Positions 12,506-24,032 of a DNA stretch of 64,000 nucleotides are shown in pieces. Under the pieces are notes generated by a model. That model was not told where the DNA came from and made no database searches. It saw nothing but the letters and a program-made list of their open reading frames with translations. Source of the DNA: Octopus sinensis (lineage: Eukaryota); the NCBI RefSeq assembly GCF_006345805.1, contig NC_042997.1:59644001-59708000 (forward strand). The letters are read 5' to 3'. Numbering within the stretch: position 1 is the stretch's first letter; each line of letters starts with the position of its first letter. A program made the translations under genes and the position numbers.

Positions 12506-13574
12506 CACAGGCCGTCATCATCATCATTTAGCACCTGCTTTCTTTGTTGGCATGGGTTTGTCTTTCCAAATACCAACCACTCCAAAAGTGTAGTAGGTGC
12601 TTTTTATGCGCCAGTTATGAAACACCGGCATTGGCTACAACTCAAGCAGGTCTCAGTTATTTGTCATTACCTCTGTGAGGCCCAAAGTTCGAAGGGTACT
12701 TTTTAGAGTACTCGAAGGGTACATTGGCACACGAAACTGGCAATGGTCACAACTACAATTTCACTTGGTTTGACAGATGAAAAAATGGACATTGAAAATT
12801 GATGTTGATGATAATGGCTAGAATCTTCAGTCCACTTTAGGTGACAATGCTGTGCACATGTTGACCTACTTGTCAGGAATAGGTCATCTGGAATTATTAT
12901 TTGAAATGGAATCTTCTTATATATACATGGAAGATATATTTATTATTTACTTAACTCTCTGAAAGAAGAGCTAAGCATTGGCTCTTGAATACATTTTGTA
13001 AATAATAAATAAATATTTTTTGTGCTACATGATATAATGACCAGAGAGGTCCTTGCTTTGTAAATAAAATCTACACTAAGAAGCTGCTGCTAACAAACTG
13101 TTGTATAATGATGGAACATGTTGTTTCCTCTCATTCTTTTCAGTACAATTTTGAAAGAAAATGAAGGGGTTAAGCAAGTTTTACTCTTGATACTCATTAA
13201 TTTATGTATCAAAATTGGCAATAATTTTTTTTTTCCAAGATATTGTAACTTAGAATTGGATGTGATATTAGAAAGAAGAAACATTTTTTTTTACAAGGAT
13301 GGAAACAATAGAAACATATTATTTCTATCCTTGCCTGGTAGGTTGTTTAAGTTGTTAGAGAAATTGTTTTTTTTTTCTTTTTTCCATTGTCTTTTTTACA
13401 GCTGGATGCTTTTCCTTACTGTTAACCACAGAACTGATATGTGTTGAACTGGAGCAAGCAGAGTTATGTACCTTGTTTAGGAATGCAGCTTAATGTAATA
13501 TAATAGCATGTTTCCCACAAGGAATGAAAAAAAATTTTTTTTCTCATGTATAATTGCCAAACTAACAAAATAAA

Positions 13575-16191
13575 TAAACATGGACGTACGTACAGCCATG
13601 CTACATGGTAGTGAAACATGGGCCGTGACTGCTGAGGATATGCGTAAGCTTGCAAGAAATGAAGCCAGTATGCTCCGATGGATGTGTAATGTCAGTGTTC
13701 ATAATCGTCAGAGTGTAAGTACTTTGAGAGAAAAGTTGAACCTAAGAAGTGTCAGTTGTGGTGTGCAAGAGAGACGGCTGTGCTGGTATGGTCATGTGAC
13801 GAGAATGGCTGAAGATAGTTGTGTGCAAAAGTGCTACACCCTAGCAGTTGAGGGAACCTGTGGAAGAGGTAGACCCAGGAAAACCTGGGACGAGGTGGTG
13901 AAGCACGACCTTCGAACTTTAGGTCTCACCAAGGAAATGACTGAAGACCGAGTCCTATGGAAGTGTGCTGTGCATGAGAGGACCCGGCAGGACTAGTCAG
14001 GCCATATCCCATGGCCCCTACCTGGGACGTAGTCGATCCACCTGTGTATACCTTCCTTCTTGTGACACTTGTGAACACCTGCTGAGGCAAGTGAAAATCA
14101 ATCAAAATAGATGAACATCAATGGAATTTGTATCTTTGTGGTACCAGTGCCTGTGGCACACAAGAAAACCATCCGAACGTGGCCGTAGCCAGTACCGCAT
14201 CGACTGGCCTCCGTGCTGTGGGAACATGGTGGCACATAAAAACACCATCCGAAGACCCGGCAAGACTAGTCAGGTCATAACCCGTGGCCCCTACCTGGGA
14301 CGTAGTCAGTCCACCTGTACATACCTTCCTTCTTGTGACACTTGTGAAGACCTGTTGAGGCAAGTGAAAATCAAAACAAATCAAAATAGATGAACATCAA
14401 TGGAATTTGTATCTTTGTGGCACCAGTGCCGGTGGCACACAAGAATCCATCCGAACGTGGCCGTAGTCAGTACCGCATCACTGGCCATCGTGCTGTGGGC
14501 ACATAACAAACACCATCCGATCGTGGCCGTTCGCCAGCCTCATCTAGCACCTGTGTCGGTGGCACATAAAAACACCATCCGAAGACCCGGCAAGACTAGT
14601 CAGGCCATAACCCATGGCCCCTACCTGGGACGTAGTGAGTCCACCTGTGCATACCTTCCTTCTTGTGACACTTGTGAAGACCTGTTGAGGCAAGTGAAAA
14701 TCAAAATCAAAACAAATCAAAATAGATGAACATCAATGGAATCTGTATCTTTGTGGTACCAGTGCCGGTGGCACACAAGAGAACCATCCGAACGTGGCCG
14801 TAGCCAGTTCCGCATTGACCGGCCTCCGTGCTGTGGGCACGTAACAAACACCATCCGATCGTGGCCGTTCGCCAGCCTCATCTGGCACCTGTGTCGGTGG
14901 CACATAAAAACACCTTCCGAAGACCCGGCAAGACTAGTCAGTCCACCTGTGCATACCTTCCTTCTTGTGACACTTGTGAAGACCTGTTGAGGCAAGTGAA
15001 AATCAAATCAAATCAAATCAAAATAGATGAACATCAATGGAATTTGTATCTTTGTGGTACCAGTGCCTGTGGCACACAACAAATCCATCCGAACGTGGCC
15101 GTAGTCAGTACCACATCGACTGGCCATCGTGCTGTGGGCACATAACAAACACCATCCGATCGTGGCCGTTCGCCAGCCTCATCTAGCACCCGTGTCGGTG
15201 GCACATAAAAACACCATCCGAAGACCCGGCAAGACTAGTCAGGCCATATCCCATGGCCCCTACCTGGGACGCAGTCAGTCCACCTGTGCATACCTTCCTC
15301 CTTGTGATACTTGTGAAGGCCTGTTGAGGCAAGTGAAAATCAAAATGAAATCAAAACAAATCAAATCAAATCAAATCAAAACAAATCAAAATAGATGAAC
15401 ATTAATGGAATTGTATCTTTGTGGTACCAGTGCCGGTGGCACACAAGAAAACCATCCGAACGTGGCCGTAGCCAGTACCGCACCGACTGGCCTCCGTGCT
15501 GTGGGCACGTAACAAACACCATCCGATCGTGGCCGTTCGACAGCCTCATCTGGCACCTGTGTCGGTGGCACATAAAAACACCATCCGAAGACCCGGCAAG
15601 ACTAGTCAGGCCATAACCTGTGGCCCCTACCTGGGACGTAGTGAGTCCACCTGTGCATACCTTCCTTCTTGTGACACTTGTGAAGACCTGTTGAGGCAAG
15701 TGAAAATCAAAACAAATCAAAATAGATGAACATCAATGGGATCTGTATCTTTGTGGTACCAGTGCCGGTGGCACGTGGCACACAAGATAACCATCCGAAC
15801 GTGGCCGTAGCCAGTACCGCATCGACTGGCCTCCGTGCTGTGGGCACGTAACAAACACCATCCGATCGTGGCCGTTTGCCAGCCTCATCTGGCACCTGTG
15901 TCGGTGGCACATAAAAACACCATCCGAGCGTGGCCGTCTGCCAGCCTCGTCTGGCACCTGTGTCGGTGGCACATAAAAAACACCATCCGAGCGTGGCCGT
16001 TTGCCAGCCTCGTCTGGCACCTGTGTCGGTGGCACATAAAATCACCCACTACACTCTCGGAGTGGTTGGCGTTAGGAAGGGCATCCAGCTGTAGAAACAC
16101 TGCCAGATCTGACTGGACTGGTGCAGCTTTCGGGCTCCCCAGATCCCAGTTGAACTGTCCAACCCATGCTAGCATGGAAAGCGGACGTTAA

Positions 16192-16233
<42 letters not shown>

Positions 16234-16268
16234 TGATGATGATGATGATGATGTGATGATGATGATGA
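13575..16268 (+). mobile_element. 5'-truncated RTE-clade LINE with a tandemly amplified 3'UTR and (TGA)n tail
   Basis: ORF 13580-13996 AMLHGSETW...RRLCWYGHV...GRGRPRKTW is an RTE RT C-terminus. It is followed by the array, the family-F terminus and (TGA)n at ~16192-16268. Confidence 0.85.
13981..16040 (+). repeat. Higher-order tandem array: 6 units of 273-367 bp built from ~62-67-bp hairpin modules
   Basis: Unit starts (gacccggcaRgactagtca) at 13981, 14254, 14584, 14922, 15223 and 15590, plus two extra modules after 15927. Confidence 0.9.
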
Positions 16269-16285
16269 TTATTATTATTATAATT

Positions 16286-16498
16286 ACCTTTGCGCAGCTT
16301 CTAACGCTGGAGATGTTCTACAGTGTCAGTTGTTCACTACCAGTGAACTAAGGTGTTACACCTTATTTTTTTGAGCACCTTCCGGAGTATTCGAGCAGTT
16401 CCAAGCAGTGCTGTTTTCTGCAAGTGCTCCACCCTTATTGCAGCTCCTATTTGTTTCACGTACTTCTCGAGATTTTTGCTCACTGTTCCCAGGGCTCT
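16286..16498 (-). mobile_element. R4/Dong-type (REL endonuclease) non-LTR retrotransposon 3' fragment in (TAA)n
   Basis: Minus translation RALGTVSKNLEKYVKQIGAAIRVEHLQKTALLGTARILRKVL matches the R4/Dong C-terminal ALG...LQKxALLGTAxILRxVL. Flanked by (TTA)n on both sides. Confidence 0.75.
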
Positions 16499-16640
16499 GT
16501 ATTATTATTATTATTATCATCATCATTTAGTAGTTTCAGTTCAGTTTTCATTTCTCAAATTTGCCATTGTTCGTTACTGAAGATGTAAAGAATATTTTCC
16601 TTAATAAAGGTTTTGTTTGCTTACTTTTTATTTTTTTCAG

Positions 16641-16723
16641 AGTGCCACAACCTACAGAATTTGATTTTGATGATGGCAGCCTAGAGCAATCTACCACTAA
16701 ACTAACTCCTAGAAAAACACCTG
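16641..16723 (+). CDS. PAGR1: PAGR1 internal coding exon (83 nt)
   Basis: tttttttcag acceptor and gtatgt donor at 16724. Phase 2 in and phase 1 out fit both neighbours. Encodes (K)VPQPTEFDFDDGSLEQSTTKLTPRKTP(G), matching the PAGR1 PTEFDFDD...RxTPG motif. Confidence 0.92.
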
Positions 16724-17129
16724 GTATGTGTATATATATATGTCATTCCATTCTATTTAGTTGTTGAATATTTGCTGCAGTGGGAGAGATTCCCATATTG
16801 TTAGGCTTATTGTTAACATCTTATTTGATATTGGAGTGAAATATCCATTAAATGTTGAGATGAAATTATGTATAATGTGCTGGTATCTGCTATAAATTTT
16901 TTTGTCATGTCTCTAGGCAGGACACTTTACCTCAGACATAGGCAACCTGCAGCCAGCAGGAATTTCTGAAAGCAATGTCTAACAAAATAATTACCTTGAA
17001 TTTTTTTAGTAGTGAAGTCTGTCTGATGATGAGCTACTTCTCATGCAGTTCACTTTTTGAAACTGGTTATCCATGCATGCCTGCTTTACATACATTAGTT
17101 TAATTAAATGTTAAGACTACATACTAGAT

Positions 17130-17443
17130 CAGGGCTAGCCAACCTGAGGCATGCAGCCCGCAAACTTTTATATTGTGGCCCACTTGATACCTTCTTGAAA
17201 TGAATTTATTTAAGCAAGCATTTAAAAATTTTATCAAAAATTAAAGATCGTAACGGAAAGTAAAAAAAGGAAGATACTGTTTTTGCAATGATATTTCATG
17301 TTGAATCAATGATCATTCATTCAATATTGTAATAATAGCTTGAGAAAGCAAAATGCTTTCAATTTTGTCAGTATGTAAGTGGCCCTCAAAAAACTTTCTG
17401 TGATTAAAGTGGTCCACAATGTAATTCAAGTTGGCCAGGCCTG
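17130..17443. mobile_element. hAT (Buster/Charlie-type) MITE
   Basis: TIR CAGGGCTAGCCAAC / GTTGGCCAGGCCTG (12 of 14) and perfect 8-bp TSD TACTAGAT at 17122-17129 and 17444-17451. Confidence 0.88.
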
Positions 17444-18688
17444 TACTAGATCATATGAAGATATTCGATATGAAATAAAGGAAAGGTTATAGGAAATCAC
17501 TTCATTGCTTAGGAGTCAATTTTAATTTGGTTGTTTAAGAAAATATATATTTATGTTGGTTGTTTTGGTAGTTTCATTCTCTCTGTCACCACTAAGTCAG
17601 TGGGAAGATTTTTTTTTTAAAGTAAAATTTTTGCCTAAGGCAGGCTATTTTACTTTTTCCATTGCATAAGCATATAAATAAAATCAGGTTATCATCCTCA
17701 CCGTTATCATTGTTTAACATCTACTTTTCGATACTTGTATAGTGTGGACAAAATTTGTTGAGGCATATTTTTTACAGCTGAATGCCCTTCCTGTCGCCAA
17801 CCCTCAGCTGTGATAGAACTGTGATAGGTATCTTATTATCTGTTATTGTCACATATAATGAACATGTTATGATAGGTTTCTTGAGTATTAGAAATTGATG
17901 TAATCCTCAGCTGCATATTATTAAAACAGTCACCACTGATAACAGAGTTTTTGGCTTGCTTGTGCTATATTTCTGATAAATAAACTCTTAATTTTATTGA
18001 GGCTTTTGACCGTATAGTTGGTCCTTACAGGGAAAAGTAGATTTTTTTTTCTTGTAGAATATGAAGCACAGTGGCTGAGGAGTTAGTGTTGATCTTCTAA
18101 CTACATGGCATGGTTCAAATCTTACTATTGTGTTCCTAACTATGGTACATAACTCCTTGCTCTGGTTTCCCTGACTGCTAAAAATATACTTTTAACACTT
18201 AGCTGATATTTGTGGTTAGTAGTAGGAAAGACATCCAGATGGAAAAACAGTTTCAACAAATAAACTATTGCACCTGTACTCGCATGGCATTATGGATCCA
18301 AAATAGCAGCAAAAAGAAAAATTTAAGTGAAGGTGTACAGTCTCAGCAATATAAATATAATGGTCTGGAAAGCAGATTATTAGCCAAATACTTTCAATAT
18401 ATGAAATGGTCTCACCTATCCTATGATCTCATTCTGTATTTAGTCATACTATGGTGGTTTTAGGATGTATTGTGACCATAAGAAAACTTTGATACGTAGT
18501 CTGTAAGGTTGGTGTGTTTAGTAGTGACAGAATAAACGGTTGTGGACATTGCTCAGAATTTGTTCAGGTTATTAGGTGGTGAGCATTCATCTCTGGAATA
18601 TCTTGACAATAAAATAGACAAAAACAAATTGTATTATATTTTTGTTTTTATCATTTTCTCATGGGTATTTTTTTTCTTTTCAATCCAG

Positions 18689-20715
18689 GTTCATCAAAAG
18701 GCAAAAAGAGAGTTGCCAGAATGGATAAAGTGCTTGACGATCTTAATCGACAAAGGAAAGCCACTGAAGCTACAAAGGACCAGCGAAAGAAAGGTACCCC
18801 AAAGTCTGCTCGAGGATCAGCAGGTGGACGTTTTTTCTCATCACCTCGAACGCCAATGTCTGCTGAAAAGTATGCGCCTTCTATAACACCACCAGGTACA
18901 CCTCGATCTGTTGGAGCAAAGAGCTCACACAATCGTCTCTTGAGTTCTAAATACACTCCACCTTTACGTTCCACCTCCTCGTCTCCTCGTACATTATCCA
19001 GTCCCAAATCTCAAACTGGTCAGAGTGCAGAGAAAAATGCTGCACAGACTACATCCACTGTTACTAAAGTTCCTCAAAGCACACTTCCAAGCGATGCTGA
19101 GTTCAATGCGACCGAAGTGACTCAAGCAGAATCAGTGGAAAGCCCCATCAAGACAAGTGGGTCATCCACTGGTTTGTCTATAGCCATGACCACTGCTGTC
19201 GTCAGCTCCTCGAAGTACACACCTCTAACCCAAGCTCTCATGACTGAACCAATGGTAAGCTCTTACCCCTCTAATATAACTCTTTTTAATAAACCAAGGG
19301 TTTCTCTTCCACAAAATGTGCCACAATCACTATCTGGTACCACTACAGCTAATGCTAGCTGTAACAGCACTACTACTACTACTACTTCTACTACTACTAC
19401 TACCACCATTACTACTACCACCAGCACCACTTTGGCTCCTACTTCTCCTATTGGTGCACCTGCCAGCTCTCCTCTTTCTGCCACTGCACTTGCAGTATCT
19501 ACTCAGGCTTCACACTTTGCCAGCAATACTCAACCAGCTCATTCGGTGGCAGGTATTTCACGATCTAGCATTTCCCTCTTCCCCCATCAGTCTGCCCAGG
19601 TTGCACAACAGCCTTCTGTGGTCAGAACAGCTCAATCCTATCTTGCTAATTCTCCTATGGCTCAACCTGTACAATCTCCTGCTCAGTCACCTTTGAACCA
19701 ACATGCCCAATCACCAATGATGCATCCTGCCCACTCACCATTGATCCAATCCGTACAGTCCCCTATGGCACAGCCTGTTCATTCACCCATGCCTCAACCT
19801 GTCCATTCACCTATGGCAAAACCTGTCCAGTCACCCATAGCTCATCCTGTTATGTCTCCTATTGCCCAGTCACCTATCAGTCAAACTATTCACTCTCCAA
19901 TGAGTCAACACACTCAGTCCCCTATGAGTCAGCACACACATTCTCCCATGACACAAATCTCAATGTCTCCTTTACAGCAGCCTGCTCTGTCCCCAATGAA
20001 TCAACCTGTCCCGTCCCCTACTGCTGCCCAGTCTCCACTGTCTTCAGCTGCTCCATCACCTTTACAAACTGGTGCTCTGTCTCCAATTACACTCCAGTCC
20101 AATCCAATGGCTCAGACGGCTTCTGCACACCGGGTAGTCCAACAGAATCTACCCCAGACTGGTTTGATTACTAAACCCCGCCAGGCTGCTTCAGGCAAAC
20201 CAAAGTTAAGTTCAGACAAATCTAAACATGTAGCCTCAGGTAAGCCAAGAGGTCCCCCAACTTCTCCATATGCTGCATCACCTGCAGCTAGTCAGCCTAG
20301 TTTTAGTTCTCTACAAGCCCAGCTTAGCCAGGGACTGCTGCAACAGAAGGCTCAGTCTGCTCCACAGCAACTGTCTCAGGCTACTCAGCAGCAGATCAAC
20401 CAGTTGCTTCAACAACAACAACAACAACAACAACAACAGCAGCAGCAGCAACAACTACAACAGCAACAGCAGCAACAAAGATCCCAAGTGACATCACAAC
20501 AAGTGATACAAGCTTCTCAGTTACAGGCTCAGACCTCACTGGAACAGCAATTGCAGCAGCAGCAGCAATTACAGCAACAACAACAGCAGCAACAACAGCA
20601 GCAGCAGCAGTTGCAACAACAGCAGCAGCAACAGTTGATACAAGCTTTAAGTCAACAAAATGTCAATCAACAACAGTTGAAACTTAGTTTAGCACAGCAG
20701 CAAATTTCGCAGCAA

Positions 20716-20747
<32 letters not shown>

Positions 20748-23700
20748 ACAGCAATTACAGCAGCTACAACAACTGCAACAGCAACAACAATTGCAGCAAC
20801 AGCTACAGCTACAACAACAATTACAACAACAACAGCAACAACAACAACAGCAGCAGCAACAACAAACACCTCAAGTTGCTGGTCAGCAGGTGTCCGGTGT
20901 GCAGCAGTCGCAAAGTGTGATGCAGCAGCAGATAACCCAACAACTTACTCAGCTGATCAAACAACAGAAAACGCGACAGTTTGTCTCTCCGCAACGTGTT
21001 GCCCAGCAGCTTGCGAATCAAGCAGCATCTCAGAAGTTAGCACTACAACAGCAGCAACTGCAGCAGTTACAACAGCAGCAGCTGCAACAACAACAACAGA
21101 TGCAGCAACAGCAGCTACAGCAACAACAGCAGCAGCAGTTGCAACAGCTTCAGCAGCTAGTTCTTCAACAGCAACAACAGCAGCAGCAGCAACAGCAGCA
21201 AGCTCAGATAGGAAACCAAACCCCAATAGGGCAAAGTTCACCCCAGTCTCAAGTAAGCCAGGCCTCTCCACAGTCAGTCCTTAGCCAACCCTCCCCACAA
21301 GCATCAGTAGGTCAAGCGTCTCCACAGACTCCATCTAGTCAGGCTTCACCCCAGGCTGTCATTAGTCAATCATCTCCACAGGCCTTAATGGGTCAGACAA
21401 TCTCCCAGCAAGCTGTTAGTCAGTCACCATCTCAGGAGCCCACTAGTAAGTTGCAGCTGAGTGCCGCAGCCTCGGTTCAGTTAGCAAAGCCAAGAGGAGC
21501 TCCTTCAGCTTTACAAGCAGCTTTGTCACAAATGAACCGAGCCAGCCTTAGCCAGTATTTTCAGGCAGCCAAAGCCCGTGCAAACCAAGCAAATCACCCC
21601 CAGTTATTAAAATCCCTTTCTCTGACCACACAGGCTAACCAATTGCTTACATCTCAATCACAGCCAACTCAGTCTCCCACCACCCAAACTCTGTTTCACA
21701 ACACTCAGATTCCTATCAGCTCAGCTCAAAACATTGCTCAGGTTAACGCTGCTACTCTTCACAATCAGTTATCTTCAAGAAGCCATGTTCCTTCAACTAA
21801 TCCTTCTAATATTGCCCAATCACCTGTCACCTCTATATCACAGTCTCCTCCAGCTGGCACACAGCAATCTTCACTTCTGCGCAAGGATGATGTACTCACT
21901 GCACAAACTCTTGGAATTTCTCAAAATAAGATTTCCTCACCAGATTACAAACTTTCCATTTTTACACAGGCCACCACTCCACAAACAGGATCGTCAGGAC
22001 CAATTTTGACCCGAAAGTCTTCTCTGAGCGGTAGCGAAGTAGATTTATCATCACAGGCAATTATGGAATTGAATGCAAACCAGTTAAGAAGTGTCGCTGT
22101 GTCTGGTCAATCTTCCAGTGGTGCCACCGCTACAGCAACTTCACTCAGTCAAGGTGGTACTTTATTAACTCCACAAAGCAGAACTTTATCTCAGAACATA
22201 CTGCAAACCAGTGGTGAAACTTCTGTTGCTCAGCAAGAGCGATTCACTCTAAGCTCTATGGTTCAGGGTGCTAACAATTTAACTAGCTCTAAACAAGTGC
22301 CTCATCAAAATGCATCTGAGGCAAATGAACCTTCGCCTTCAGCCACTCGGGAACGTTTGTCATTGTCATCTATGGTGCGATCATTTGACCTTAGTAGTCT
22401 GACACAACAAGAAAAGCAAACATTGTCATCTTTAATACAATCCAGAGAATTGTCATCACTTCAGAACCAAGAACGTTTTTCTCAACATTCAGAAGGAGAC
22501 ATCGTATCCCTTGCCCAACAGTACTCCAGTGTCCCAAAAGTCCAATCATCTGTTCCAGTGGGTTTCTCCCAATCCCATGCAGGGTCAATAGGAGATCCTG
22601 CTGTTACACAATCATATATGATGCCAAAGTCAGCAATAATTGGAAAGCCTCCTCCACCTTATTCAGTTGCTATTGCTGAGAAAGCACAAATGATTTTAAC
22701 TTCCATCGCTGGACGAAAAGATGCCAATGCAATAAGTCATCTTTCATCGGGTGTCGCTGATAAATCAAATGTAGCATTCGTTAAAGGGACTGAAATGTCA
22801 TTGCCTTCATCCATTTCTTATAATTCTGGAGTTAATTGGAATACTTTACAAACTGTTTCAACTGATTCAGGAACTAATATTGTATCTAGTACACATACGA
22901 TTACTACTCCACAGTCAGGTGTGAACTCTCTGGCAACCAACCAAATTTCACAACTTCTCCTCCAAAAGACACCAATGCAAACTGTGCAGCAATTTGATGC
23001 ACAAAGAAAAGATGATAAACAAACGTTAGATTTAGTTAACACCTCTTTGTCTGCAGTTAGAGCTGCCATCTCTCAGTCTACCAGCAAAGAGAGTCCGTTA
23101 GTGCATAAAAAGGTATTAGGATTTTCTTCTGTGAAGAATTCAAGTAATGCCGTGAGTACACCTCAACAGTCAGATGTTGTCAACACTGTTGCGACCAATA
23201 ACTCTTTACTGCAGCACATGCTAGTGTCTTCAGCAACAGAAGCTGCAACATCTGCATCAATACTCCCATCACTTCCCACCCAAGAACTTAATCTTCACAA
23301 GTTGTCTTTGAGTAGTGTTTCTCTTCCTAGCAGTACTGCCTTAACTCAGTCAACAAGCCACATTTCAGCAGCAGCAGTATCAACATCAACAGCAACAACA
23401 ACAGCACCCACTCGTCCACGTCTAAACACTATTGCTGCTTTACTGAACATAGATTCAGGGCAGCGGACGCAAGCTGAATTACGGAAACTATCTTTGGCAG
23501 GTATCTCAGCAGATGGTTCCACGGGTATTTCAAATTTTGGACAAAGTTTAGGCATAGGTTCTGCTTCTAATTATTCTTCTGTTGTAACTACTGCTGGCAA
23601 AGCAATTACTTCTTTGAAACCTTTGACTATTGTAACTAGTAGTAATACTGTTGTTGCAGGTCATGCAGTCAAACCCCGACCTAAAATTGATGCTAATCAG

Positions 23701-23781
23701 TCAGTGGCCTTTTCAGAAAACACTTTTCAAAGTGATCAACAACAGCAACAATCTAGCAATGCTTCTGTTTCTGAATCTTAA
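18689..23781 (+). CDS. PAGR1: PAGR1 terminal coding exon (5093 nt): conserved KRVARMDKVLDDLNRQRK, then a ~1.67-kaa S/T/P/Q-rich disordered extension
   Basis: Acceptor ttttcaatccag (AG at 18687-18688), phase 1 matches the previous exon. KRVARMDKVLDDLNRQRK resembles human KREARLDKVLSDMKRHKK. The frame stays open to TAA at 23781. Exons sum to 5466 nt = 1821 aa plus stop. Confidence 0.8.
20410..21207 (+). repeat. Coding CAA/CAG polyglutamine-rich region
   Basis: Multiple Q runs interrupted by L/S/T/A, in frame within the PAGR1 terminal exon. Confidence 0.95.
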
Positions 23782-23919
23782 ATATTATTTCTCTTTTAAA
23801 TGCAAATTTCTTTCTGTACAAAAAAGAAAAGAAAAAAATCAGAAAACAATGCAATTACAACAAAAATTGAGGAAGAAAGCTGTTTCTTAATATTTTTTTA
23901 CTTTGTCTTGACCAATTGA

Positions 23920-24032
23920 AATAAAATTGTTTGATCTGTGAAATTGAAAGGAAACAACATTGTATGTCAAGTATGAAATGAAATTCTGAGAAACTAGATG
24001 AACTTTTAAGTGTTAGAATATCTTTGAATAAA
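23920..24032 (+). terminator. Candidate PAGR1 polyadenylation signals
   Basis: AATAAA at 23920-23925 and 24027-24032, 140-250 nt after the stop. Position only; the hexamer is common in AT-rich DNA. Confidence 0.35.

Noticed and set aside
14855-14895. Hammerhead in the array modules (minus strand CAGATGAG...GCGAAC)
   Set aside because: Core has two deviations (CAGAUGA, GAAC) and no convincing stems I/III.
13981-16040. CRISPR-like array, or protein-coding repeat ORFs (14121-16191 in the track)
   Set aside because: Units are 270-370 bp with no unique spacers, the context is eukaryotic, and the ORFs are recurring translations of an RTE 3'UTR.
18661-18688. ATG start of the 1706-aa ORF (MGIFFLFNP)
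   Set aside because: These codons are the intron polypyrimidine tract and acceptor; homology and phase support splicing from 16723.
19263-21271. Antisense and alternate-frame ORFs (poly-V/A/L/N)
   Set aside because: Shadows of the ACT and CAA/CAG repeats in the PAGR1 exon.
18689-23781. PAGR1-NCOA6 or PAGR1-MED15 gene fusion
   Set aside because: No recognisable folded domain of either protein; the resemblance is only compositional.
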